Assembly (NCBI GenBank): GCA_030704615.1
Contig: CM060732.1
Location: 8,804,001-8,868,000 of the forward strand
DNA: 64,000 nt
Direction of reading: 5' to 3'
Origin: Takakia lepidozioides
Taxonomy: Eukaryota > Plantae > Bryophyta
Shown piece after piece: positions 25,942 through 37,869 of the stretch. Numbering within the stretch: position 1 is the first letter of the stretch; every line of letters begins with the position of its first letter. Under the pieces are notes generated by a model. That model worked only from the letters and a program-made list of their open reading frames with translations. It ran no database searches and had not been told where the DNA came from. The translations under genes and the position numbers were made by a program.

Positions 25942-28900
25942 CTTTTTATTGGTCCAAATTTTGGCGGGGGAGTAGCCGTGGGATGCTGGAAGCCGCAGAA
26001 TAAAATTGAGCCAAAAACAAAATCGATACGTGCCAGAAACCCCCACTGAAAGGCTGCGCAAACCTATTTATTGGCTTAAAATAAATTTAGATTCAATTAA
26101 ATTGTGGAATGGCTTGCGTCGATGGGGAGGCACATGATTTATTCGTCTATTGTGTTTCCACACATGTTCAAGCACATGAGGGGCTTCAACCACATCCGTT
26201 CAATGGGTGCAATAGCCATTGCAAGATTTCTTTTTCGCATTGAACAAAAATCAGATGACAAGGGAACGCCTCATTGGACAATCGAACGATTTTTTGATTA
26301 ATCTCGTATTACACTGGGACGTATCAGAGGGTACATTGAACGCACTGGCCAAGTTTCAAAGCGAACGAAAATCATTTGGATGGGCAACCATCCGTTGGCC
26401 CATTGAACGAATTTCGATTGATCTCATATTACTCTGGGGCCTCTTACATGGCACATTGAACACAGTGGCCAAGTCTCAAAACGAACCAAAATCATTTTGA
26501 TGGCCAACCATCCGCTGAGCCATCACTTCCCTGTTTTGCACTCCAAACTTGATTTGTGTTCTACTTCATGCACTCTTCATAAAGAGTTCTGCAATAATGA
26601 GCGAAGAGAACACTTTTTTTTTGGGGCATTTTTTATTGGTCCAAATTTTGGCAGGGGAGTAGCCGTGGGATGCTGGAAGCCGCAAAACAAAATTGAGCCA
26701 AAAACAAAATCGATACGTGCCAGAAACCCCCACTGAAAGGCTGCGCAAACCTATTTATTGTCTTAAAATAAATTTAAATTCAATTAAATTGTGGAATGGC
26801 TTGCGTCGATGGGGAGGCAAATGATTTATTCGTCTGTTGTGTCTCCGCACATGTTCAAGCACATGAGGGGCTTCAACCACATCCGTTCAATGGGTGCAAT
26901 AGCCGTGCACGCATTGCAAGATTTCTTTTTCGCATTGAACAAAAACCAGATGACAAGGGAACGCCTCATTGGACAATCGAACGATTTTTTGATTGATCTC
27001 GTACTACACTGGGACGTATCAGAGGGTACATTGAACACACTGGCCAAAGTTTCAAATCGAACGAAAATCATTTGGGTGGGCAACCATCCGTTGGCCCATT
27101 AAACGAATTTCGATTGATCTCTTATTACTCTAGGGCCTCTTACATGGCACATTGAACACAGTGGCCAAGTCTCAAAACGAACCAAAATCATTTCGATGGC
27201 CAACCATCCGTTGAGCCATGACTTCCTTGGTTTGCATTCCAAACTTGATTTGTGTTCTGCTTCATGCACTCTTCATAGAGAGTTCTGCAATAGTGAGCGA
27301 AGAGAACACGTTTTTTTTGGGTCATTTTTGATTGATCCAAATTTTGGCGGGGATTAGCCGTGGGATGCTGGAAGCCGCAGAACAAAATTGAGCCAAAAAC
27401 AAAATCGATACGTACCAGAAACCCCCACTGAAAGGGAGCGCAAACCTATTTATTGGCTTAAAAGAAATTTAAATTCAATTAGTGGAATGGCTTGCGTCGA
27501 CGGGGAGGCAAATGATTTATTCGTATGTTGTGTCTCCGCACATGTGTCGCACAAATGTTCAAGCACATGAGGGGCTTCAACCACATCCGTTCAATGGGTG
27601 CAATAGCCGTGCATGCATTGCAAGATTTCTTTTTCGCATTGAACAAAAACCATATGACAAGGGAACGCCTCATTGGACAATCGAACGATTTTTCGATTGA
27701 TCTCGTATTACACTGGGACGTATCAGAGGGTACATTGAACACACTGGCCAAGTTTCAAAGCGAATGAAAATCATTTGGATGGGCAACCATCCGTTGGCCA
27801 ATTGAACGAATTTCGATTGATCTCATATTACTCTGGGGCCTCTTACGTGGCACATTGAACACAGTGGCCAAGTCTCAAAGCGAACCAAAATCATTTCGAT
27901 GGCCAACCATCCGTTGAGCCATCGAATAAATTTCGATTGATCTGATATTAGTCCGGGACCTGTGAGAGGGTGTCTGGAACGTGCTGGCAAAGTTTGGAAG
28001 CTAACAGAAATGATTTGGATGGGCAACCATCCGTTCACCCGTTGAATGTATTCTGTTGGAGCTACTATTGCTTTGGGACCTGTTGGACTGTGTTTCACGT
28101 GCTCACGACTTTTTTTTCATTCCCTTTTTTAATGGGGCTTGTAATGTAGCCATATGCAACGTGCGTGCCAAATTTGGGAGCGATTAAAATTCATTTGGAC
28201 CCAAAACCACAGTTTCTTCCCTGTTTTGCACTCCAAACTTGATTCGTGTTCTACTTCATGCATTCTTTATAGAGAGTTCTGCAATAGTGAGCGAAGAGAA
28301 CACTTTTTTTTGGGGGCCATTTTTGATTGGTCCAAAATTTTGCCTGGGGAGTAGCCGTGGGATGCTGGAAGCCGCAGAACAAAATTGAGCCAAAATCAAA
28401 ATCGATACGTGCCAGAAACCCCCACTGAAAGGCTGCGCAAACCTATTTATTGGCTTAAAGAAACGTAAATTCAATTAAATTGTGGAATGGCTTGCGTCGA
28501 CGGGGAGGCAAATGATTTATTCCTCTGTTGTGTCTCCGCACATGTTGAAGCACATGAGGGGCTTCAACCACATCCGTTCAATGGGTGCAATAGCCGTGCA
28601 CGCATTGCAAGATTTCTTTTTCGCATTGAACAAAAACCAGATGACAAGGGAACGCCTCATTGGACAATTGAAAGATTTTTCGATTGATCTCGTATTACAC
28701 TGGGACGTATCAGAGGGTACATTAAACTCACTGGCCAAGTTTCAAAGCGAACGAAAATCATTTGGATGGGCAACCATCCGTTGGCCCATTGAACGAATTT
28801 CGATTGATCTCATATTACTCTGGGGCCTCTTACATGGCACATTGAACACAGTGGCCAAGTCTCAAAGCGAACCAAAATCATTTCGATGGCCAACCATCTG

Positions 28901-29460
28901 TTGAGCCATCGAATGAATTTCGATTGATCTGATATTATTCCGGGACCTGTGAGAGGATGTCTGGAACGTGCTGGCACAGTTTGGAAGCTAACTGAAATTA
29001 TTTGGATGGGCAAGCATGCGTTCACCCGTTGAATGTATTCTGTTGGAGCTGGTATTGCTTTGGGACCTGTTGGACTGTGTTTCGCGTGCTCACAACTTTT
29101 TCTTCATTCCGATTTTGAATAGGGCGTGTAATGTAGCCATATGCAACGTGCGTGCCAAATTTGGGAGTGATCAAAATTCATTTGGACCCAAAACCACAGT
29201 TTCTTCCCTGTTTTGCACTTCAAACTTGATTTGTGTTCTATTTCATGCATTCTTTATAGAGAGTTCTGCAATAGTGAGCGAACAGAACACTTTTTTTTTG
29301 GGGAATTTTTGATTGGTCCAAATTTTGGCGGATGAGTAGCCGTGGGATGCTGGAAGCCGCAGAACAAAATTGAGCCAAAATCAAAATCGATACGTGCCAG
29401 AAACCCCCACTGAAAGGCAGCGCAAACCTATTTATTGGCTTTAAATAAATTTAGATTCCC
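25942..29460. repeat. Tandem repeat array 2 (same family as array 1)
   Basis: Marker at 26104, 26791, 27482 and 28482. The last unit breaks off at ~29460. Confidence 0.95.
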
Positions 29461-29486
29461 ATGTAAGTGAGGGACGCACAGAGACG

Positions 29487-31626
29487 GTGGATCCCTCCAA
29501 GACACCACAAAGAGGCAGCAACACACCGGTTAGACCATCGCGGGCAAGAGCAGCCCCTGCAATTACCCATACGGTGGAGAGTGGAGGAGAGGAAAGAACA
29601 CCAGAAAGAGCACGGATTGTGCAAGTTCGAGGTGAAGCCAGGGAGAGGGCAGTAGAGACGGGGAGAGTGCTGGAGGTGGTTTCGCAGGTGGCTGACCCTG
29701 TTGAGGAGGACAACAGGGAGCTTTCTGACCAGGATGACATCCTCCCGGACATCCCCAGGCCCCAAACCCGGAGCATACAGGCTGGATTTGGCGGTCCTGG
29801 TGGGCTGCCGGAAAACCCCTCTGCAGCAGACGTCATGTCGGAGGTGGATATGAAGTTGGCCGCTGCCAAGATGTTGGAGGCAACCCACAGCAACATTGGC
29901 AGGGTGCTGGGGGGCATGGTGTACCCGGCCAAGCTTCGAATTCCCCTTTGCCGCTTGGTGTCATTGCAGGTGGTGAGACCTGCCCTCCCATGCGATATCG
30001 ACAAGCTGAAATTCTCTTTCCGGGATGGATATCGAATGGGGTCTGCTGCGTTTTACGTTTCCATTGAGAACGACCACGGAGCTTCCCGTGCCCACACTTC
30101 CGATGAGGTGGACAAATGGGGTCCCCATTGGCAAACGCGAAATGAGGAGTTCGAGAGATCGATTGCTAGTGATCCTCTCTTCCAGCACTTGTCTGGTAAG
30201 ATGTTCTACGTGTGGGACGACAATCATCGCCTCCTGGCATGGATGGAGCACATTGCCCAAGCCCACCCCAACGACCTCGATTGGCATTTCGCCGTGGAGT
30301 GTGTTGTGCTGAAGGTTGCGGGGCCCAAAGATCGCAGTCTTCTCAAAGCTGCAATGGCGGACATCAACTCGTAAGTTACAACGCCTCTCACTTTTGGACT
30401 CTGAATTTGGAAGTCATTTCATTGCGAATCTATGATGAAAATTCCCATTTCAGTATTGTTTGATGGAAATGTGGCACTGCAGGGTGACTGAGAATGCCTT
30501 CATCGCCACCAACTTGTCCCATATGCTCTTCCGAGTGAAGGATGTGGGGAAGCACGGGGTGCAAGAGTTTGCCAATTCCCTCAGTGCCGACCTCCTATGC
30601 AAGTCGGAGGCAAAGGCAGACAGAACCTGGTATAGGCTGAGCGTCGACGCCATGGTGGACTACATATTTCGGGTAAAGCTCCTGACAGTTTTGTTGAGCT
30701 AATCTGTCTCTCCTCCCCCAATAGAAGAAAAGGTCTTCACCGTGATTTCTAATCTCCTCCCCCAATAGAAGAAATTGTGTTGAGCAGGATCTCTAATCTT
30801 ATGTGCGCATTCTTGACAGACGAAAATACAGCAGGATTTGGCACATGCGCGGAGGTTCTACATGGAGTCAGAGGAGAAGAATCCAACCCTCCCGGCACTC
30901 GAATCGTATGTCAAAGCTGCGGAGGTGAGGGCCCGCATAAAGTACAAGTCGCGGATGGTAAAGTACGTGGCCATAGCTGATCCCGCCCTTGGTGCCGACT
31001 TTCTGGTGGAGGTGGGGAAGCACTACTCTCGCGCTCTGAAGCCCACGATGACATTGGAGAAGCTCCATCATCTAGCCACATCCTGTGTGGATGCAACAGA
31101 AAAGGTGATACATTCTTAACCAAATTGTGGTGGCAACAACTCCTTTTTGTGGTGTTTGGCGCTTACGAATATGCTGGGTGGTTGGACAGACCCGGTGGCT
31201 CCAAATCTGGAATGGTTCCCAAAGTACCAGGGACATGTGGAGCTTCCCCAAACCGGACAAACTCTCTGACCCCACATTCGACTTGTGGATGAACCGCATG
31301 ACATGGTGGTTTCAGGTACTTCCCCACGCTTCGTTTGGGGCTTCTACTCTAGTAGGGGGTGGATTCATTGTATTTTTTTCAGGAAAGCGATCTGATGGAG
31401 AATCTCCACAGGTGACGACGAATGCGCAAGAGCAGCTGGACACACAAGCACATCAGTTCAAGATGGAGATATCTCCTGCAGCAGAGAGCCTACGCGACTA
31501 TGTGATGAGGTACTTTATGCTCTGCAAAACCAACCTATTCTTTCGGGAGATAGCAGATGCTCGCCGGAGCCACGAGTTCACCGACCAGCCGAACGCGGAC
31601 AAAGCAGCAATTCGCCTTCTGTACAG
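29487..31626 (+). CDS. Spliced gene with an N-terminal ParB/Sulfiredoxin-like domain, TE-associated, probably truncated at both ends
   Basis: Exons ~29487-30370, 30483-30672, 30820-31104, 31190-31315, 31412-~31626 with GT-AG borders and continuous frame. Motifs IPLCRL..VRP...IDKLKFSF..GY and FYVWDDNHRLLAW resemble the ParB/Srx DGxHR signature. Confidence 0.6.
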
Positions 31627-31695
31627 GTACATACGCGCTGCCTTTATTTCAAGTCCTTGCATTTCAGGATGTTAGAGGCCTCATGTGGTGTTAGG

Positions 31696-31785
31696 GAAAA
31701 TGGCGCCGAATTTCCAGTCAGGGCTCCGAAAATGGCTAAGTCCCTAGACTGGCTGGCCCTGAACTGGAAATTCGGCGCCATTTTC
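31696..31785. repeat. 29/30-bp inverted repeat (hairpin)
   Basis: gaaaatggcgccgaatttccagtcagggc (31696-31724) pairs with gccctgaactggaaattcggcgccattttc (31756-31785), with one indel. Confidence 0.9.
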
Positions 31786-32588
31786 TAGTTCTAGGCCCTA
31801 TTGCCGTTCAGGGACTTGGCCATTTGCCACGTGCTTGTATTGCAGCCGCGGCCCGCCAGGCGACCGCACGTGGCGGTCGCCCTCTTCTCCCGCCTGCGAC
31901 CTGCACGTGGCGGTCGTCCCGCCCGCCCCTCCGGGCACCCCCATGCCGCCTGACCGCCACCTCACCGGAGGCGACCGGCGCTTGAGGATGCCCTGTCGCC
32001 ACCTCACAAGAGGCGACCGCCACTATGGCGGTCGTCTGCATGGCCACCTCAGGCGCCTCAAAGGCGACAGCCATGGTGGCGGCCGCCAAGATCGCCACCA
32101 CGTCCGACAGAGTGGCGACCACCACTAAGGCGGGCACTTGCCTCGCCACCTCATCCGGCTCCGGGGCGACCGATGCCAGCTCACTGGCTTCAAGGTGACC
32201 GCCACTTTGGCGTCACACTTGCCACCTCCTTGGACTCGCTGGAAATTGTGCCATGTTGTCTAAGGACATGGCAATGTTTTACCCATGTCTTTACCTACTG
32301 ACGTGACATGTGATCCAAATCCCGTCAGTGTCGCTGACGCCGACGTGACGTCGGCCTGCAACTGGGGATCGGTCGCACCCCTTTTTGTGACCTTCCTATG
32401 TTGCATCCTGTGTTCTATCTCCACTAAGTGAATTTGCTCGACCACATCACATAGTCATTGCAAAGGTATGTCTGAATGGCTACCTGTCTTGGACTGGATT
32501 AAGATGGCGTTGACGCCAGCTTAATCTCCACCCCCTCTAAGCTCAAGGAAATTGAAAAACAGAAAAGAAGCAACCACACTGAAGTCCT

Positions 32589-34189
32589 TGTAGAATAAAA
32601 CTATAATCAACCCTAAAAAAAAAGATAAACAAGTCTAGAGTTCGTTCGCTGGGGAAAGCACTATATGACTGCAAAATAATGATGCTATTCTACTCTATTT
32701 CTCCTCATTCCCTCAACAGAGAGTTTTCTACCACTACTTGCCTCAATCTAAAGCAACTAAGACCCTTCCAGTTTCAATGATATTCCCTCCATCCTCTATC
32801 ATCTCTATTCCATTGACTGAAATTAAATACCATTGTTTATCTAATTCTCTCCTCCAGTAATCTGCCTGATACAAGGTCAATAATTCTTTGCACCATCCTT
32901 TACTTAGAAGCCATAGATTGATTATCTCTATGTCACTACATCGTAGTCTTTTAAAGATATCTATCGACAGACTATCAGGTAATCCAATAATTAATTCTAT
33001 AGGGTCCTCCATTACTTCTCCTCACCACACAACACCATTGATTGTGCTTCACCACCAATCTTGTTTCTTCAGTTCCTCCAGGGACTTTCCCTCATCAAAG
33101 GTATTATTCGATTCTCTCATAAGTTTAGGATAGTCTTCAAAAGGTCTATACCATGTCTGCAACCAACTATGCTTCCAATAACAATTTCTTTATAGAATTG
33201 ATAACTCCTTGTACCATCCTCTGTTGACTAATTGTAATGAAAATATCTCTTTATCGCTACAACAAAGCTTCTGAAAGATTATTATCGATAGATGATCTGG
33301 TAATCCGGTGATCAACTCTGATAATTCTTTTATTCCCTCATCATTGCTCTCTGTCATGCAAATGGTTTTACTTCACTGTTATTCTCTTCCAATGAATCCA
33401 ATCAAAGACTTTCTATCTTCAAGTCCTTAATCTACCCCTTCATGAACTCTAGATAACCATCCAAACGACAGCACCACATATTAATCCACTCACGCTCCAA
33501 TTGACGATGTTCATATAGAATTGATAATTCCTTTCTCCAGGCTTTACTCATACTTTCTATTTGAACTAACTCTGCCTCATTGCAGGATAAACTCTTAAAT
33601 ATCCAAATCAAATTTCTCTGGGTAAACCAGGAATTAATTCTCGCTCAGATGCTTTATCCTCTCCATTTGTGCACATTCTCACTATCCCACATAATTATAA
33701 TTCTTCAACCATTACATTCAGAATTGGACTCACATTCAATCATTCTATTCTTCACACAACACAAAGTGGATTGAACTTCTTTTTTCTACTTCTTCTCTTC
33801 TATTCATTCAAAAACACAACATCACAAGAACGCAGTACTAATCTACCACTGAGAAATCACTCCATCTCCTAACTCCTACTCACTCTACTCTGATCTGCTC
33901 TGGTCACAGCTCTCTGGCTCAATTGACACCGTCTGCTTCACATGAACGTAATATATAGCAGAGTGCTCCAACAACTTTAATAACCGCTCAACCTCTTTTA
34001 TCCATCCTCTATAATCATTCATCCATTTCTTATATCATCCAGTCAAGGATAGACTATCGGCTGCATATAAAATATCGAGGAACACTGCTCTATCGCAGCA
34101 ATATGGAAGGTATCACAGAGTATATCGATGGAAAAAACACTAAAAAATGCTAAAATTGTAGTTCAACCAGAAATTCCTATTATTCTGCA
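32589..34189 (-). repeat. 3' LTR (1601 bp)
   Basis: tgtagaataaaac...tattctgca; near-identical to 48455-50057. Confidence 0.95.
32743..33012 (-). CDS. F-box-like mini-ORF 3, 3' LTR copy
   Basis: MEDPIELIIGLPDSLSIDIFKRL...LWLLSKGWCKEL. The copies of ORF1 and ORF2 in this LTR carry a frameshift and a TAA stop respectively. Confidence 0.55.
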   Translation of the reverse strand: MEDPIELIIGLPDSLSIDIFKRLRCSDIEIINLWLLSKGWCKELLTLYQADYWRRELDKQWYLISVNGIEMIEDGGNIIETGRVLVALD

Positions 34190-34192
34190 TAG

Positions 34193-34203
34193 CCCCACTC
34201 CTA
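34193..34203 (-). promoter_or_regulatory. Polypurine tract next to the 3' LTR
   Basis: Minus strand reads aggagtgggg-cta-TG(LTR). Confidence 0.7.
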
Positions 34204-34238
34204 TTTATGGAGCGCCCCGGCAAACACTATCTTTATTG

Positions 34239-37023
34239 CTAAGTCCTAGGCCTCTTAGAAGGATTCCTCGTATCGGGCTCTTGCGACCTGCGATGATCAC
34301 CACGATCAGACCCCTCCTTCTGTTGCTGCTTGAATGCTATGTATGGATAGTATCGCGAAGGGCCCCAATCATCATACACAGCAGGATCACACTGAAGGAA
34401 TCCTGTCAAACACATCAATTCCAACACCCGCATTTCCTTGGCCGGATGATGCAACAACTTGGCCACCATTCCAAACTCCTGGCCTCCCAGCATTGGCCTG
34501 TTGATATCAACAACAACATGATAGAAATGACACCACTTTGCCACTACTCCGCAAAAGATCGATGCCATAAAACACAAATGAGCATAGTGAGTCGATGCAA
34601 TCCCTGGAATTATTTGTATGCTATCTCACAATTTTCTGCAGTGCTGAACTCACCAAGAATCAATGGCCAGTTATAAGGTAATGACGTCAAAAGCTTGCTC
34701 TCACGCCATTGACCACGGCGTGCACAGAGACACACACCAAAACTGCCCCTAATATTTCGAGGCCATGGTCCACTGATTGGTGTTGGCCGTATGCCCAACT
34801 TCGCAATCCATTCTCCTGTTGCACTATGGCCGTAATCTTTCCCCATCCATAGCAACACCTCCCAGCACGGTATCACCTTATCGTCAGAATCCATATAAAC
34901 CTTCTCTGGTTGTCCCAAAAAGTCTTAATACTCCCAGTTAATGGGAAAATGACATCGTTCAAAAATCATAAACCCCACTTGAGAGACTTGGGTGGCACTG
35001 GGCTGATTGATATACAAATCCTCCATCCATTTGGCAGTCAATAGTTCCTGCCATGAGCGAGCCTTCATCCACTGCCCAACTCGTTGCTGAATTGATGCCT
35101 GCGTCCACACATAGGCAACGCCATGCAAACAATCTGGAATGAGCCGATACCTAGTATGGGTTTTCTCCAACATACCATGGAATTGATCTGCCTCCAATAC
35201 TTGAGCCACAAGATGCTTCAACATTTCCAAGTACCTAGGTAACAATTTGTCATCTGGTATTGGGATGGTAGAAAGGAATCCACAAGTAGGTACACGATTC
35301 CATCGCCGATTTTGTAGATGCGATTGACAAAACGCTTCCAGCCTGTCTTCAACTGCTTATAATACAAAAAACAACGATTGGTAGGATCACCAACAGTAAA
35401 CAAGAACTGGTCTGGATGGGCAACCACCAAATCACCTCTTATTACCATCTCCACTACAAGATTATTGCGATAGGAGTACAAAGGTTCCTATTCTTGCTCC
35501 AAGTCAATTGGCTCTTCAGGTCCGCCAATAACCAATGTCAGAATTTCACTATCATATTGATATCCCTGAGTGAGGCTCTGGGCATAGCATATGTTCTGCC
35601 AATCTTGCAGAATCGTACCACCCACCACTTCAGCCGGCTTTGCATGTGATCGGCTCAGCTCCAATTCAGCCATCTGAGCCCTCATTGTCTCCTCCATCAC
35701 ACCCATTTCGCCCTTCTACTCAGCACGAGAAGCCTCAAACTCCTGTTGCAATGCCACATATTGCTCTTCTGAATTTTGGACCACTGGAGGACGTTTCTCC
35801 AATTCGACAATCTGATTAGCAGCTTCTGCCAATCTCTTCTCTAATTCTGCAATTCGACTGTCCTTGGAATTCGATCGTTCAATCGACATGGTAATCAGAG
35901 CGTCCTTATCTGCAGAAGTCTTCTGATGTTGTGCCTCTCGAGTCCGCCATTGCTCATTCGATTTCTGGAGTTCCCTTGCATCTCCCTCCATCCTTTTCTT
36001 GGCATCATCCCAAGAAAGTTGCAACTGTTGATTACGCGACAAAATAGCAGTATGAGTGGTCCTCAAATCGTCCAATTCCCCCTTCACGTCCTTGTGATCA
36101 ATTGCTTCTGCTGCTATGTCTTGAAGACCAGAGACCAATTCACGCAACCTTGCTGTGAAAGAGGTTTGACTCTCCACATCCTTACTTCCTGATACAACAA
36201 TAGCAGTGATAGGAGTAGTTGCTACAGACGTTGTAGTCCTTGGATTCTTCTCCTGGGCCCTACTCGTCTCTGGCCTGTCAATAATCTCAGTGTCATTTGC
36301 ATCGGCAGGAGGTGGTACCTTCAATCGATGTTGCAGAATCATAGACAAATAGGTCGCACAAAACAGAGTGTCAGTCTTACCACTCTTACGCTTCGATATT
36401 ATCTCCTCATGGATCTTCCCACAGACGAATTCTGCCCAATTGATTTGCAGGCCCATGAATGTTGCTACCACCGAATTAAGTTGCGATTGCGCGACATAAG
36501 TAGCGGCGTTCTTCAGGGCTAATCGGCTTACTACAAACTTCATCCATTCCATCAGCTCAGGTCTGATTGCTTTGGCAATTGCCCAACCTCCCGTTCGATT
36601 GAAAGCATTCTCCTTGAAATGGCTTGAAGGAACAAAAGCCTCATCCTTAAAACCATCGACTTCAATTCCTGTTGAGGGCAATAACAAGACCTCTGCGACA
36701 GTGTGAGCATCAACAACTATCCCCGTGCCCTTCACTATTCCACTCTTCGAACCAAGATCGTAAGAATTGTAAAACTACATAACTAATGTCATGCTAGGCT
36801 TTGGCAGACCCTTCAAACAGAGAATAAAAAACTCCAACATCTGTGCCTGCCTCCACAGCGCTTTCTGATCACGGTCACCCAAAATCATAGTAATATCACA
36901 ACTCCGCAATTCCTCTGCTATCATGGAAACCGGCCCCGACAATGGTTGTTGCGCAGATTTCTTCACCATCTTGACTAATTGGCTTGAAATACTACTTTTC
37001 CTCACAACACTCACTTCACCCAA
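34239..37023 (-). pseudogene. Extra sense ORF of the retroelement: Athila env-like/'putative plant transposon protein' domain, coiled coil and an unknown C-terminal region, broken by stops
   Basis: LVM*FYNSY...VDAHTVAEVLLLPSTG...INWAEFV..KIHEEI...LFCATYLSMIL, then a heptad-rich segment, then ORF pieces 35481-34239 in the same orientation. Confidence 0.65.
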
Positions 37024-37869
37024 TGCTCCCTCCTACACACTCTCTCTCACACACTACAACAGACTATCGCTCTGCAAGAAGATAATGACACAACACTACA
37101 ACACACCCTATGTAATTTCGACGATTTAGTTTGACGCTGGCGTTGACTGTTGTCACTTTCGACTGTTCCAACCATTTGCAGTCAAAATTTATATTAAAAT
37201 ATTCGAGGTGTTAGACAACCGCGAAAATTTTGACTGTAGTGAGAGACTTTGACTACCTAAAATGAGCTCACTGAGACAACCAGATAAGCAATGGCACGTG
37301 TCATCACAATATATAAATTATATAATAATATATATATGGATAATAAGAAGTAAAAAAAATAACCATTTTTTCACTGATCCAGCACATTAATAGTAAACTA
37401 ATCGTGTGCTGGTTAAGGTTAGTGAAACAAAACAACTGAATTATATGAACGAATTATAAACGAATGCCTTGCTGGCAGCTATTGGATGAACGTATGAAAT
37501 ATAATTTTTGTGCACTGGATGAACGTATGAACGGATGATAATGCACTTGGCTCGAGTTTAGGGTTGCTAGGTCGCAGTGGGCAGCCTGGCTGGGACTTAG
37601 TGTTTTTTGGGTCGGCGTGGTTCGAGAGCTCCGCAGGCTTAGGGACTTAGCGTTTGTTTGTCTTTGTGCCACCATCTGTGTTTTCTTAAGGTTCGCAAAC
37701 CAGGATAAGCGGTTTCTAAAAGACTAGTATCTTGCTGTGTGCACATGAGAGAGCGGGTGGGCGGGGGGAGGAGAGAATTGAGAGAGAGAAGTGCCGCGCA
37801 ACGAGTGTACTGTTTGTGGGATCGACCTGTATGTTTGCTCTTGTTGTGTCGGCCATTGTCACGACGTGT

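Noticed and set aside
20488-29460. Recurrent ORFs (MEWLAS..., MRCLS...) and a possible CRISPR-like array
   Set aside because: The ORFs are by-products of the tandem repeat with variable stops. Units are long, there are no unique spacers or cas genes, and the context is eukaryotic.
18433-32381. ggggtgc...gcacccc as TIRs of the Mutator-like block
   Set aside because: Only 7 bp match and there is no TSD.
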